IMG/VR virus record: IMGVR_UViG_3300037295_000333
Span: 1-64,000 of that record
DNA length: 64,000 nucleotides
Source of the DNA: a virus
Lineage: Duplodnaviria; Caudoviricetes
Reading direction: 5' to 3' (one strand)
In this document: positions 38,568 to 49,543 of the stretch, piece after piece
Layout: every line of letters starts with the position of its first letter
Numbering within the stretch: the first letter of the stretch is position 1
Program-made: the position numbers and the translations under genes
The notes under the pieces: generated by a model
Databases searched by the model: none
What the model was told of the DNA's origin: nothing
Seen by the model: the letters and a program-made list of their open reading frames with translations, nothing else

Positions 38568-40433
38568 TTATTTTTTAAAATCTGATTCTTGCATTTTATT
38601 TGCCAAAGCTCTTTGAAAAATACTTCCTGTTGGAGATGCACCTACTTTTGCTCTTGCGGATGGCTTAAAATTTGAAGTAGTATTTTTTGCCAAAGTATCA
38701 ATAGCTTGAGCTGCTAATTCTTCAAAAGCCTTTGCCTCTAAAAATTTTGCTTCAACGGCTCCACTTTCGTCTGTAAGTCTATTTACTTCAACCACTAATG
38801 CATCTACAATTTCTTGTAACTTCATAAAGTCTTCCATTGTAATTGAAGGCTGACTGTGATCCATTTCTGGAACTGGCTCAATTACCATTTCCTTTTCTTT
38901 CATTGGGTCGTCCATAGAGATAATCATTTCTTTTTCTTTATCTTTCATGGGGTCTGCAGCCATTTCCTCTTTTTTCATAGGGTCATCCATAGCAACAACT
39001 TTTTCTTCTTTTGGTGCAACTGCTGGTGCAGGATTTGTAATAACTGGCATATCTGCCATTCTTTCTTTACCATAACTTAAATCTTCAACTTCAGGAACAC
39101 TTGTTTCACCTGGAACATTTTTTTCAATAGATGTGATTAAAAAATCAACTATTGTAATTTTTGCACCATCAGATAAAATAATTTCACCACTCTCTAAACT
39201 CGTACGGTCTCCCGTTTGATATTGAGATGGATCTTTTTGGAAAATTTCAAATTCCCCACCTTTGTCGTCATAGTACAACTGATTTACGAATTGTGCACCA
39301 TTGACCATTCCTATCACTCGATGTAATAGATTTAGCGTGTTTTTCATATTGGATTCTTTTTTAATATTTGCGGCAACTGACTTTTGCCTCTTTTTAATAT
39401 CAACTACTTTGTCAGCAAATCCGTAGTTAACAGCTTGTTTTGCATCAAGATAAGTTTCTTTATCCATCAACTTTTTTATTTCTTCTCTGCTTAAATCTGT
39501 AAATAAAATATAAAGTTCATACATCACATCTTCAAGATTCCTTAAAGAAGTTAAATGTATCTCCAAGTCATTAGCGTTTGCATACTGAATTTCAGGCACC
39601 ATAGGATTATGTACCATTATGTCTGCACTGTTCGATATAAGTTTATTATTTGCAGCCAACATAATTAAAGATGCAATACTATAGGCATTTGCCGTGACTA
39701 TAGTGGTAACATTTTTACCCATTTCTGAAAGTAAGTTCATCCAAACCATTATTAATAGTCCCTCGTATACACTACCGCCTGGACTTGCAATTTCAATAAC
39801 CAAATTATCAAATTCATCAATTTTTCCCGCTTGTTCTTGTAGGTTTTTTAACGTTTCCCCTTCAATAACTGCACCTTCTAATTTAATGAGTCTTATAACT
39901 GAATTTTCTTCATTTTTTATTTCCACATTATTTATTGATTTTATTTTGTTAGCTGAGCCTTTTGTTGTATATTTGTTAACCATCCAATTTTTAAATGAAT
40001 CTAAACTAAAAGAGGTAATTGAACTAAATCCTTTCCAATCTTTTGAGTAGCTATCTAAATAACCTTGCTTTGCAGAATCAATGTCTTTAAACCCAAACAT
40101 AACTTTATGTTCGTCAAAAATTCCACTTTTAGGGTCAATTTGATTTACAACATAAACTTCAAAATCACTTTCAAGAAAATCACCTAGAAATACATCAATT
40201 TCGTCACCGTCAACTCCAATAGTATTTTCAAAATAGCCATAAGAGTAAGGCATAAATACAGACCATTTAACGCCTGATTTATCTGTTCCTGTTCTATTTG
40301 ACCCAGACGGGTTTTCTATCGCTATATCGAAGCCATATACACTTAATTTGTCCTTTATATAGTTACCTGATTCCTTTTGATGCTTACTTGGATTTAATTC
40401 TGTTTCTTTGTCTGCTTTTATTTTTTCATCCAT
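38568..40433 (-). CDS. InPase-like domain + ClpP-type prohead protease + scaffold
   Basis: IENPSGSNRTG...YGYF...DGDEIDVFLG...DEHKVM; ASPGGSV, AYSIAS (Ser), MVHNP (His); acidic C-terminal region. Start revised to MDEKIK. Confidence 0.82.
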   Translation of the reverse strand: MDEKIKADKETELNPSKHQKESGNYIKDKLSVYGFDIAIENPSGSNRTGTDKSGVKWSVFMPYSYGYFENTIGVDGDEIDVFLGDFLESDFEVYVVNQIDPKSGIFDEHKVMFGFKDIDSAKQGYLDSYSKDWKGFSSITSFSLDSFKNWMVNKYTTKGSANKIKSINNVEIKNEENSVIRLIKLEGAVIEGETLKNLQEQAGKIDEFDNLVIEIASPGGSVYEGLLIMVWMNLLSEMGKNVTTIVTANAYSIASLIMLAANNKLISNSADIMVHNPMVPEIQYANANDLEIHLTSLRNLEDVMYELYILFTDLSREEIKKLMDKETYLDAKQAVNYGFADKVVDIKKRQKSVAANIKKESNMKNTLNLLHRVIGMVNGAQFVNQLYYDDKGGEFEIFQKDPSQYQTGDRTSLESGEIILSDGAKITIVDFLITSIEKNVPGETSVPEVEDLSYGKERMADMPVITNPAPAVAPKEEKVVAMDDPMKKEEMAADPMKDKEKEMIISMDDPMKEKEMVIEPVPEMDHSQPSITMEDFMKLQEIVDALVVEVNRLTDESGAVEAKFLEAKAFEELAAQAIDTLAKNTTSNFKPSARAKVGASPTGSIFQRALANKMQESDFKK

Positions 40434-40434
40434 T

Positions 40435-43400
40435 TTATATTTTAGTTTTATTTTCTTTAAAAGCAACTTGTGTTTTAAAATCATTATATCTACTTTCTGA
40501 AAAAACAATTCCTTGAGACATTCCTCCCCTTGCATTATTTGCGGCATTTGCATTTGCATTTGAACCAATTGAAGGGTCAATTCCTAATCTTGCAGCATTG
40601 TTTGCAGCTATACTTGAAACTCCAGCTGTGGCAACTGATGTTGCTGCAGAAGAAATAGATCCACCTCCTGCTCCACCTCCTCCACTTTTTCTTGAAGGAA
40701 ACCTAACTTTTTTAATATCAGCCAAACCTTTTATAATTGGTATTATAGTTGTTGCGGTTTCTGCTGCTTTAAATGCAACTGATAATGGAAATGGATATGG
40801 AGACTTAGCTGACCATATATTACTTATTGCTGTAGGTGCATTCATTATAGCCTGAGCTATTGCAACTTCTCTCTGAATACCAAAAAGCTCTGCAGCTTTA
40901 TCCATTTGCCTATTAGCCTCCTTTGTCCTTATATCTCCAATAGACTTTTCTGAAACCGCTACAATCTCACCCCTTGCAGTAGCATATTTATTTATTATAT
41001 CATTTTTTTGAGATTCCGTAAGCTCAGTATTTTCAAGTTCTTTTATCTTTTTTGCATCTAAGAAGGTAAAATCTCTAGTTTGTTTATCAATAAGTTGTTG
41101 CAATTCTAAAGCAAATGTGTTTTCTCCTTTTAATCTTTTTGCTTCAAGTTCTTTTTGGTCGGAATCTAATTGTGCTTGCTCTGCTAAATCGTGGTACTTT
41201 ATGTCAATTAATGCTTTTTCACTTTCGGTCAAATCTTTTTTAAAAACCTCTGCTTGCCTCTGTCTTTCTAAAAAATCTAATTGTAAGGCTAAAACATTTT
41301 CACCATTAGCTTGCCTGTCTTGCAAGTCCTTTTCCTCTAAAGCAATTTTTGAATCAGACTCTCTTTGCAATCTATTAGCCTTAACTTCATCTTCTAAAAC
41401 TTGATACCTTCCCCTTATTTCTGCCTTACCTATTTCAGTAAGTTCATCATTTTGAAGTTCATTATTTTTTCTTCTTTCAAGAAGGTCAATTTGTAATTTA
41501 TCGGTATTTTCACCCAAAGATTTTCTTCTTTGAATGTCCATTTCATCAATTTTAGACTGATTGTCAAACTCTAATTTTGCAGCTTTTATTTTTTCGTCTT
41601 GAGCCCTTTTTCTTTCAGCTTCAGCTTTTTTTTGTGCAGCATCTCTTTTTGCCATAGCTTTTTCGTTTGCAGCTATTTCTTTTTCATCTAATCCAGAATC
41701 TCCGCCTACAACTCCACCACTTTTTGGCTGTAATGATTTTAATGCTGCATTTGCAGCTTGAATTCTTCCACGCCTTACTCCTAAATCTTTGTTAATTTTA
41801 TCAATGTCCTCTTTTGCTTGAGCTCTATCTTGTCTATTAGACCTTTTTAAATTACTTAACTTTAATTTATCTAACTCTTCAAATATTTTTGTTGATTCTT
41901 TTAATCTTTTGTTAAGTGTATTGGTTTCTTCAATAGCTATTTTTTTATTTTCTTCAGCTATTGCCTTTGTTCTTTTTGGATCTAAACCTAAATAAATTTG
42001 AGTATCAGCTTTTAATGATTCTCCTGCGGCAATATTTCTAAGGTCAGAAAAAGTGGCGTTAAATTTAGTTAAAGTGTTAAGTGCTTCGGTAATTATTTGA
42101 ACTGTTCCTGTAAAGAATTTGCTCAATGCACCATCTCCATTATTTAAAGATAAAATTAATCCATCAAAAGCTGAACTCATCAAAGTAGTTTGACCTGACA
42201 AACTATTTAATTGTTCATCTGCCATTTTTTGTGCAGCTCCTCCAGCTTCATTTAATGCAATTCCAAGAGCTTCAATTTTAGGTATATTTTTCCCCAAAAC
42301 AAGAAGTGAAGTAGATGCTGTTCTACCAACTTCATCCATAGAGTCAGTTACAGAAATTCCATTTTTTGCAATTTCCCTTAAGCCTTCATTAAAAGGTTTT
42401 CCAGTTTTTGTAATTTCTGAAAAAATTCGTCTTAATGAAGTACCTGCCATTGAACCTTTTATTCCATTGTCAGCTAAAACTCCAAGAAGTGCAGTAGTTT
42501 GTTCAATTGGAACGTTTAAAGCATTTGCAACTGGTGCAACAAATTTCATTGATTCTTTAAAAGTTGTAATGTCTAAAGCCGATGAAGTAAATGATTTAGC
42601 CATTACGTCAACAACCCTACCCATTTGAGATGCATCAAGATTAAATGCACGTAATGTTTGACCTGCAATTAAAGCTGCATTTGCCAAATCTGTGTCAACT
42701 GCTGAAGCCAAAGTACTTATTGCCTTTGTAGATGCTAAAATTTCAGGTTCAGAAAAACCTAATTTACCAAGCTCTTTTTGCAAACCTACAATTTCAGAGG
42801 CAGTAAATCTTGTTGTTGCTCCTAGCTCTTTTGCATTGTCCGTTAGTCCCTTTATACCTTCTCTATTTGTTCCTAAAGTAGCAGCTAAATCAGCACTTAC
42901 TTTGTCAAAATCTTTTATTGTATTATATGCACCTTTTAATACATTTGCAAACAAACTTATTCCTGCAACTAATCCAAAAGCACCAACTAAGTTTTTTACA
43001 CCTGATGTAAGAGAGCCAATTGTACCACTTATTCCCTTTGAACTTTTACTAAAATCGCCAACCGCTCTATCTGCTTTTCTTACTTTTGTATCAAGTGTAT
43101 CAAATTCTTTTTGAGCCTTTTTTATTGCATCTGTAGAAGCATTTTCACTAGAAATTAAGTCTAGTAACTTTCTTTTTGATTCACTTCTAGCATTAGTAAG
43201 TTTATTATATGCACTATTTAAAGTAATACTAGCAGAAGTTTCTTTTTTAAGGGAAGAATTTAGTCTATCTTCTACTTTAATGCCTGCCTCACTAACTTTT
43301 AAAGAATCGAGTTTTGCTTTATTTAATTTATCAAATATTGCTTTTAATTCTTTTTCCGTTGCACCTCTTCCTTCGAGAGTTCGCCTTTCATTTTCTAAGG

Positions 43401-43575
43401 CATCAATTGTTTTTTTTGAAAGTGCATTTTGAAGTTCAACTGCTTTATTTTTAGCAATTATCCTTTCCTCTAGTGTTTTAGTTCCATTACTAGCAATGGA
43501 ATTCAATTGCACTATACTTCGTTGAGCCTGATTAGTATCAATTTCAACTGTTGTTTTAATTAAATTGTCTGCCAT
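40435..43575 (-). CDS. tail tape measure protein
   Basis: TP901-type core (AKELGATTRFTASE, GIKGSMAGTSLRRIF) and long coiled coils. Confidence 0.92.
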   Translation of the reverse strand: MADNLIKTTVEIDTNQAQRSIVQLNSIASNGTKTLEERIIAKNKAVELQNALSKKTIDALENERRTLEGRGATEKELKAIFDKLNKAKLDSLKVSEAGIKVEDRLNSSLKKETSASITLNSAYNKLTNARSESKRKLLDLISSENASTDAIKKAQKEFDTLDTKVRKADRAVGDFSKSSKGISGTIGSLTSGVKNLVGAFGLVAGISLFANVLKGAYNTIKDFDKVSADLAATLGTNREGIKGLTDNAKELGATTRFTASEIVGLQKELGKLGFSEPEILASTKAISTLASAVDTDLANAALIAGQTLRAFNLDASQMGRVVDVMAKSFTSSALDITTFKESMKFVAPVANALNVPIEQTTALLGVLADNGIKGSMAGTSLRRIFSEITKTGKPFNEGLREIAKNGISVTDSMDEVGRTASTSLLVLGKNIPKIEALGIALNEAGGAAQKMADEQLNSLSGQTTLMSSAFDGLILSLNNGDGALSKFFTGTVQIITEALNTLTKFNATFSDLRNIAAGESLKADTQIYLGLDPKRTKAIAEENKKIAIEETNTLNKRLKESTKIFEELDKLKLSNLKRSNRQDRAQAKEDIDKINKDLGVRRGRIQAANAALKSLQPKSGGVVGGDSGLDEKEIAANEKAMAKRDAAQKKAEAERKRAQDEKIKAAKLEFDNQSKIDEMDIQRRKSLGENTDKLQIDLLERRKNNELQNDELTEIGKAEIRGRYQVLEDEVKANRLQRESDSKIALEEKDLQDRQANGENVLALQLDFLERQRQAEVFKKDLTESEKALIDIKYHDLAEQAQLDSDQKELEAKRLKGENTFALELQQLIDKQTRDFTFLDAKKIKELENTELTESQKNDIINKYATARGEIVAVSEKSIGDIRTKEANRQMDKAAELFGIQREVAIAQAIMNAPTAISNIWSAKSPYPFPLSVAFKAAETATTIIPIIKGLADIKKVRFPSRKSGGGGAGGGSISSAATSVATAGVSSIAANNAARLGIDPSIGSNANANAANNARGGMSQGIVFSESRYNDFKTQVAFKENKTKI

Positions 43576-43602
43576 TGCTTTGTAATTTTATTTTTAATTT
43601 AT

Positions 43603-44127
43603 TTAATAAATCGTATTGTCTATATAAAAAGTAGTAAAGCGTATTCCAAAAAATGTAGCGTCTGCTTGTGTGTCGTTATTTGTATTAGGAATAGAAAAAG
43701 GAGAAGCTTGTATTGTTAAAGTATCTATTCCATAGTAAATAATGGTTTTATCGCTATTTTTCCAGCTAATGGTTATTCCTTGTCCAGAAGTTCTCCCCCC
43801 ATCTAATGGATATTGACCGTTAATTATGTTAGCTGTATCACCTACTGTATATCCTGCAAAACCTGAAGTCTTACAATACAATTCTGCTGTAGTTGAAAGT
43901 ATGGTTACATCTTGGGTAGATAAAAAATCACTACTTACCGATGAACGGGTGTCATTTGACCAAGTGGTTTTTACAACAACTTTTACTTGAATTACACTAG
44001 GGTTAAATGTTTTTATAGAACCATCCGCCATCAAATATTGACTAGAAGTACCACCTTTTTTTATCAAAGAGTCAGCAGTTACTGTTCCATCTACTTCTAA
44101 ATCTGCTTTAATTTTTTGTTTTGCCAT
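43603..44127 (-). CDS. tail fibre-associated protein
   Basis: GGTSSQYLMADGS motif, common in Bacteroidota phage fibres. Confidence 0.5.
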   Translation of the reverse strand: MAKQKIKADLEVDGTVTADSLIKKGGTSSQYLMADGSIKTFNPSVIQVKVVVKTTWSNDTRSSVSSDFLSTQDVTILSTTAELYCKTSGFAGYTVGDTANIINGQYPLDGGRTSGQGITISWKNSDKTIIYYGIDTLTIQASPFSIPNTNNDTQADATFFGIRFTTFYIDNTIY

Positions 44128-46622
44128 TATCCTATGATTATAAATTTAACTGAATTAGCAACAATTGGTGTATTTACGTTAAAAGTCACTAAATTATTTG
44201 TCATAATTACTTCACATAAAAAAACGCTATTATCGCTTACAAATTTTGAAGTTGCTATTACATCAGTTCCAAAAGTATGAGCTATCGCAAAAGTAGAAAC
44301 GAGAGAAGTACTTGATGAAATAGATACAAGTTTGCCTGTAAAACTACTTGGATTAGTTGATGAATAAAAGTCAGTACTATTAAATCCATCTAGTAAATCA
44401 GCATTTAAGTTGTTTACTTTAGTAGTTGATGTCACAACTAATGGTGATGTCCCTTGTGGTATAGTAGAAGTTAATACTGTAACAGCAGCAGCAGCTGGAG
44501 TATTTGCTCCTAATGTACCGTTTAGTACATTTGCGCCTGTCATTGTTTTTGCCCCTGTAATTGTTTGCGCTCCCGCTAATTTTACAACATCAGTATCATT
44601 AGATTTTGTGTCTAATTGTCCTTTAGTAACTAAATGGGTAGCTACTGTTCCGTCTGCCGATGAAACTGTACCGCTAAACTTACCATTACCCACTACGTCA
44701 AGTTTTTCTGTTGGAATTTTTTGATTTATCCCTAAGTTACCTTGATTGGATAATTGCATTAAATTAGTCCAGTTTATATCATTACTTCCATTGTTAAGAG
44801 AATGGTCAAAAGAAAAACCTGCATTACCGCCTGCTCCAGTTCCTGAACCTAATATTCTAACGGCAGATATTGAATCTGTTCTTGAATGCTTCCAAGATCC
44901 ATTACTGGATCTGTATGCATTGTGTGCTGAATAAAATCCATAATCTTGATTTCCGAAAGTAGGAGAACCAATTCCTGATGCTCCAAAGTGAGCGTCTCCT
45001 GTAGAACCTTGCTGTCCTATACTTATTTTAGCAACATTTTGATTAACTAACATATCTCCATTTGATACGTGAAGTTTTTCTGTTGGGTTGGCTTGGCTTA
45101 TACCTACATTGCCGTTAGCTAATTCAGTAATACCACTATCCCCTACAACACCACTTGCTGTAAATTTAGCTATTTTATTTGTCGTCCCTGAACCTGAAAC
45201 TTTAGTGTTTATTTGCCCTTGCAACTTCCCACTTGCAATTAAAACAGTATCCGCAGCAACTATAGGAGTAGCAGTTGCTGTGCTTAATCCTGTTAATGGA
45301 GTCGCTCTAACTCTAACATCTGTATAATATAAATTACTACCCTCTGGTACTACAGTTGTATTTAAAGTCTGAAAAGTTTTATCACCTCTAAAATACTGAG
45401 AAGTTGTACCTGCGGTAATGCCCCCTTCTTTATTGTTTAGTTGCGCTTGAACTTTTCCAAAAGCAACTAAAATACTATCTGCTGAAGTTATCGTAGAATT
45501 TGCACCTACAACAAATCCAACTAAAAGAGTACTTAATACATCTGGTATATTTTTATTAATTACAACCCAATGCGCTCTAGTTGTAGGAGAATCTTGTCTT
45601 GCTATAAGTAAATCACCTGCTTCAACTGCTTCTGTAAAGAAATCTCCAGCAGCACTAACTGCATAAGTCCAGCCTCTTTTAATACCAGTAGCAAAAGGTG
45701 TTGAATCTAATTTAGGAGTATCCGTACTTGCATCATATCCATCTTGAAAAACTAACGCTCCATAGCTTAATACTAATGAATCTACATAGGATTTAGTCGC
45801 TTTTTGAGATGCTATTTTTTCATCTGAATTTTCAGCTAAACTAGCACTTAAACTTAGAAAAGAAGCTGTAATTACACTTTGTGTAGTCAATACTGCATTG
45901 TTAACTTTAACTTTATCTGCAGCATTTAATAAACCAGCTTCTGTAATAGAAGCTTCTGGAATAGTAACTCCAGTACCGTTGCTATTTGTTACAGGAAAAG
46001 TTGTTGCCGTTCTTGTTCCTGCTGCTAAATTAGTAGCTACATTTTGTTGAGCATTGGTAGCTACCGTATCGAGTTTAGTCTTGTCTTCACTACTCATTAC
46101 ACCATCAGTAGATGTAGTTGCTTTTTTTAAAGTCAATTGTTGTCCTAATAAACTAGCAGCTTGTGCCGTTGTATCAACAACTGCATCCAAAGTAACTGCA
46201 GCGTGTAAGCCAGATCTTTCTCCAGTTGTTATAATTGAACCTGAACCTAAATCTAAAACTCCACCTAACTTTGTTTTTTCTGCTGGAGATAAAAGTCCTG
46301 CTTTATTTGTTCCAGATACAAGTGTTGCTAAAGGTATAGTTGCATTGTTGCCTGTACTAGAAGTTACTGAACCGTTAGTTTCTGAGGCTATATAATCTAA
46401 GTTTGTAATACCACTAGATCCTAAGTCCACCCATTCTCCAAAGGGAGCAGATGCAGGTACTGGATCATATGCTTTCCAGACATAAAGTGTTTTGTCCGCT
46501 GTGTCCCAATATATTTGACCATCTTTAGGGTTATTTGGTGCTACCGCTAAATTCTGAACCACTGCGTTCAATAGTTGATTTTTTGTTAAATCTAAATCAA
46601 CTAAGTATTTTATTGCTGCCAT
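44127..46622 (-). CDS. tail fibre/spike protein
   Basis: Ala/Thr/Gly-rich; AGLLS/AGLLN repeats, TNKIAKFT, GNVGI, NLNADLLDG. Confidence 0.7.
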   Translation of the reverse strand: MAAIKYLVDLDLTKNQLLNAVVQNLAVAPNNPKDGQIYWDTADKTLYVWKAYDPVPASAPFGEWVDLGSSGITNLDYIASETNGSVTSSTGNNATIPLATLVSGTNKAGLLSPAEKTKLGGVLDLGSGSIITTGERSGLHAAVTLDAVVDTTAQAASLLGQQLTLKKATTSTDGVMSSEDKTKLDTVATNAQQNVATNLAAGTRTATTFPVTNSNGTGVTIPEASITEAGLLNAADKVKVNNAVLTTQSVITASFLSLSASLAENSDEKIASQKATKSYVDSLVLSYGALVFQDGYDASTDTPKLDSTPFATGIKRGWTYAVSAAGDFFTEAVEAGDLLIARQDSPTTRAHWVVINKNIPDVLSTLLVGFVVGANSTITSADSILVAFGKVQAQLNNKEGGITAGTTSQYFRGDKTFQTLNTTVVPEGSNLYYTDVRVRATPLTGLSTATATPIVAADTVLIASGKLQGQINTKVSGSGTTNKIAKFTASGVVGDSGITELANGNVGISQANPTEKLHVSNGDMLVNQNVAKISIGQQGSTGDAHFGASGIGSPTFGNQDYGFYSAHNAYRSSNGSWKHSRTDSISAVRILGSGTGAGGNAGFSFDHSLNNGSNDINWTNLMQLSNQGNLGINQKIPTEKLDVVGNGKFSGTVSSADGTVATHLVTKGQLDTKSNDTDVVKLAGAQTITGAKTMTGANVLNGTLGANTPAAAAVTVLTSTIPQGTSPLVVTSTTKVNNLNADLLDGFNSTDFYSSTNPSSFTGKLVSISSSTSLVSTFAIAHTFGTDVIATSKFVSDNSVFLCEVIMTNNLVTFNVNTPIVANSVKFIIIG

Positions 46623-46636
46623 TTTTTTTATTTTTA

Positions 46637-47281
46637 TTAGTTAAAATATGCATATCCGCTAAATGATGCTTTAAATGTTATTGTCACCTGATTGTTATTT
46701 ATATAGTTAACTTGTCCTATCACATGACTATCTGCTGTATCTACAACTGTTACAGATGGCTTTTTATCTAGATTATGAGTTATACTCCAAACTGATGATG
46801 CGTTGGTTTGATTATAAATAAAATTCTTATCTTGTTTTATTTTACTTAAAGCTTCATTAATTGTATCTACAGTAGGATATTTATCTCCACTCCCATCTAC
46901 ATCTAAACTATCTTGTTTATTTGATTTACTTTCTTTTAAGTCTAATTGAGCTTTATTTACTAAATGATTTGGAGATGTTGCTTCAGATGCGGAAACCGTA
47001 CCATTAAATTGCCCAATTGCTCCGCTTCCATTGTCAGAAACTTCTCCAAAGAATAACTTTGTTCCTTGTGTAAAAATCGGAGAATCTACTAATCCTGATG
47101 GTGAAGTATATGGAACCTTTCCATCTGTAAGGTTTGAAGGACGAACAAGATTAATTTTTCGTGCCTTAAAACTTGAACCTTCTGAGTCTTGATCTGTATT
47201 TGTTGGATCAACAATATGTATCCAAGCTGTGTTTGGTACTGTTGTTATTTCGGTTAATTCTGTTAATTTTTCTTTTGCCAT
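46637..47281 (-). CDS. tail-associated protein
   Basis: W.ITHNL.KKPSVTVVD C-terminal domain. Confidence 0.55.
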   Translation of the reverse strand: MAKEKLTELTEITTVPNTAWIHIVDPTNTDQDSEGSSFKARKINLVRPSNLTDGKVPYTSPSGLVDSPIFTQGTKLFFGEVSDNGSGAIGQFNGTVSASEATSPNHLVNKAQLDLKESKSNKQDSLDVDGSGDKYPTVDTINEALSKIKQDKNFIYNQTNASSVWSITHNLDKKPSVTVVDTADSHVIGQVNYINNNQVTITFKASFSGYAYFN

Positions 47282-47293
47282 TTTATTTTTTTA

Positions 47294-49540
47294 TTAATTA
47301 TTAAATAAATAATCATTACCTTGTTGAAACGTGTAATCGTTTTGATTTTGAAATATATATGTATTATCTCCAAAGATATATTGATTTATAATTAATTTTA
47401 TTAGTTTTACTCTTACGTTTGTTTCAGAGTCTACATATTCCTGAATTGATTCGATTATATAAAATCCACCAAGACTTTCTACGTAAATTGGTTCAGCCAA
47501 TTCAACATTTTTAACAACCTCAATGGGAAGTAAAAAAGAAGCTTCAGACCTTACTGATTCATCAATTATATTATACCAATCTTTCATTCCACTAGGAATT
47601 ATCAAACCATTTACATTTGAAACTGCAGGCAATGATGATATTGTGCCTTGACTTGCTTGACTTGCTCTTATTTGAGCCAATCCTGTAATTGATCCCGTAA
47701 CTTCTACTAATCCCAAACCTTTATTTGTATATTCAAAATAAGGCGAATTTGTGTTGGCTACATAGTCAATTGCTTCAACATCCTTAAATAATTTAGAAAA
47801 GTTTTGAGTAAAATCTTTATACTTGCTGTCTGAACCCTGATTTGTCAACTGATAAACTGCGGAGTTTCCCTTAAATGGGTCAGACAATGCAATTTCGTTA
47901 TTTTTTGCATAATCTTGTCCGTAGTCCGTGTTATATAGCGGACTTATATATTGCAAGTGATACTTTGTCCAATCTTGATAATTTCCTTCGGTTTTTCTAG
48001 TTTCATATGAACCGTATGAGAACAGTTTAATTGTTTTTGTTGGTGTAACTACCCCATTAATTAATATGTTACTCAAACCTATACTTATTAAAATTCCCTC
48101 CCTATCCATTATTGCAGATAATACATTTTTAATTGTATCTCTAGGTGCTGCATGGGTTAAATTTATATCATTTGATTCATATTGATTAAATTCATCGTAA
48201 GAAATTGCCCCTTTAGGTAAAAACTCATCTTCAAAAATCATATTTGAAATGAATACATCTTGTTGATTTTTAAAGTCATCAGAATTTTGATCTACAACCA
48301 TTGCAACTCCAAACAATCTATCGGCTCCAGACGGAACAACACTTAATTGCGATTTACTAGATTTTACAATAAACAGTGTACCATCATCTATCACTTCTTT
48401 GGTCATTACACTTTGTATAAAAGGGTCTCCAGCGGTCGTTGGATACCACAATGAAATTACGTATGGGTCTAACATAAAGTCAGTATAATTACATTTCCAA
48501 GTTAAACTCCCAAACGCTATATTACTTAAATTAGGAACTACGATCATTTTATCGGTTACCTTGTAATTTTTAGTTTCACTTGCACCTATATTTAAATTAA
48601 AATTAGGTGGTGGATTTAAATCATTTGGAAAAAACGCATTAGCTTCATCTGGATAAACAAAAGATGTGTTATATCTATAATCAAAAGGATCTAAATCATT
48701 TTGAATAAAATTGTGAGAAGTATTTTCTACTACAGGGGTATATATTTTCTTAACTAGAAAATTATCATTTTGACTTTGAAATAAATCTTTGTCAATCATG
48801 TAAGTATTTTCTAATTTTGCCCAATCTATTGAGTTATCATAATATGGTGTATATCCATATGACTCTATGGCAATATCAAATAATGCCTTTACATTAAAAA
48901 TTGGTCTTGATTGATAAGGATTAAACGAATCATCAAGTCTAAGGTCATTTTCTCTAGTGCCATCTAATTTAAGCGCACCCTGACTTATTTGAAACTTATC
49001 GCCTATTGCATTCAAATTATTTGGATACTTTGCTATTCCATAAGTTTTTCCTGATATATTTGTAAGTGCAGGAAGAACTGTTGTCTTTGACATTTTATAT
49101 TCAGTCATTTCTAAAATTGCATCTTTATAAATTTGTGGAGTTTCTGGTAAGTCTGCATTTAGTAAATCAAAATAACTTGAAGTTCCCCATTTTTCTACAA
49201 TATCCAGTGCTTCATCAATAAAATTTACATTAATTTCTCCCATTTCTGTGTTATTAATTAACAAAAATCCAGATTGAAAAAGCTTATCTTTTATTAAATA
49301 TTTTGCTACGTATTTTATATTAAACGCCTTTGCTAATTCTTTTTTGTTAAAAACATTAATTCCCAGTGCATCTATATTTTGTTTAACATATGGTAATGTA
49401 AAAGTGTTTGTGTGCTGTAATTGTCTACCAGAAATGCTTCCTATAGAATTAATAATTGCATTATATTTCACATCATTTTGTTCACTTAAAATTAATTCTT
49501 TCCAAAAACCATCTTTTAAAATTTCTATTCTTGTATTCAT
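47294..49540 (-). CDS. large structural tail protein (hub/Tal-like)
   Basis: N-terminal ...HTNTFTLP..KQN pattern; position in the module. Confidence 0.5.
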   Translation of the reverse strand: MNTRIEILKDGFWKELILSEQNDVKYNAIINSIGSISGRQLQHTNTFTLPYVKQNIDALGINVFNKKELAKAFNIKYVAKYLIKDKLFQSGFLLINNTEMGEINVNFIDEALDIVEKWGTSSYFDLLNADLPETPQIYKDAILEMTEYKMSKTTVLPALTNISGKTYGIAKYPNNLNAIGDKFQISQGALKLDGTRENDLRLDDSFNPYQSRPIFNVKALFDIAIESYGYTPYYDNSIDWAKLENTYMIDKDLFQSQNDNFLVKKIYTPVVENTSHNFIQNDLDPFDYRYNTSFVYPDEANAFFPNDLNPPPNFNLNIGASETKNYKVTDKMIVVPNLSNIAFGSLTWKCNYTDFMLDPYVISLWYPTTAGDPFIQSVMTKEVIDDGTLFIVKSSKSQLSVVPSGADRLFGVAMVVDQNSDDFKNQQDVFISNMIFEDEFLPKGAISYDEFNQYESNDINLTHAAPRDTIKNVLSAIMDREGILISIGLSNILINGVVTPTKTIKLFSYGSYETRKTEGNYQDWTKYHLQYISPLYNTDYGQDYAKNNEIALSDPFKGNSAVYQLTNQGSDSKYKDFTQNFSKLFKDVEAIDYVANTNSPYFEYTNKGLGLVEVTGSITGLAQIRASQASQGTISSLPAVSNVNGLIIPSGMKDWYNIIDESVRSEASFLLPIEVVKNVELAEPIYVESLGGFYIIESIQEYVDSETNVRVKLIKLIINQYIFGDNTYIFQNQNDYTFQQGNDYLFNN

Positions 49541-49543
49541 AGT

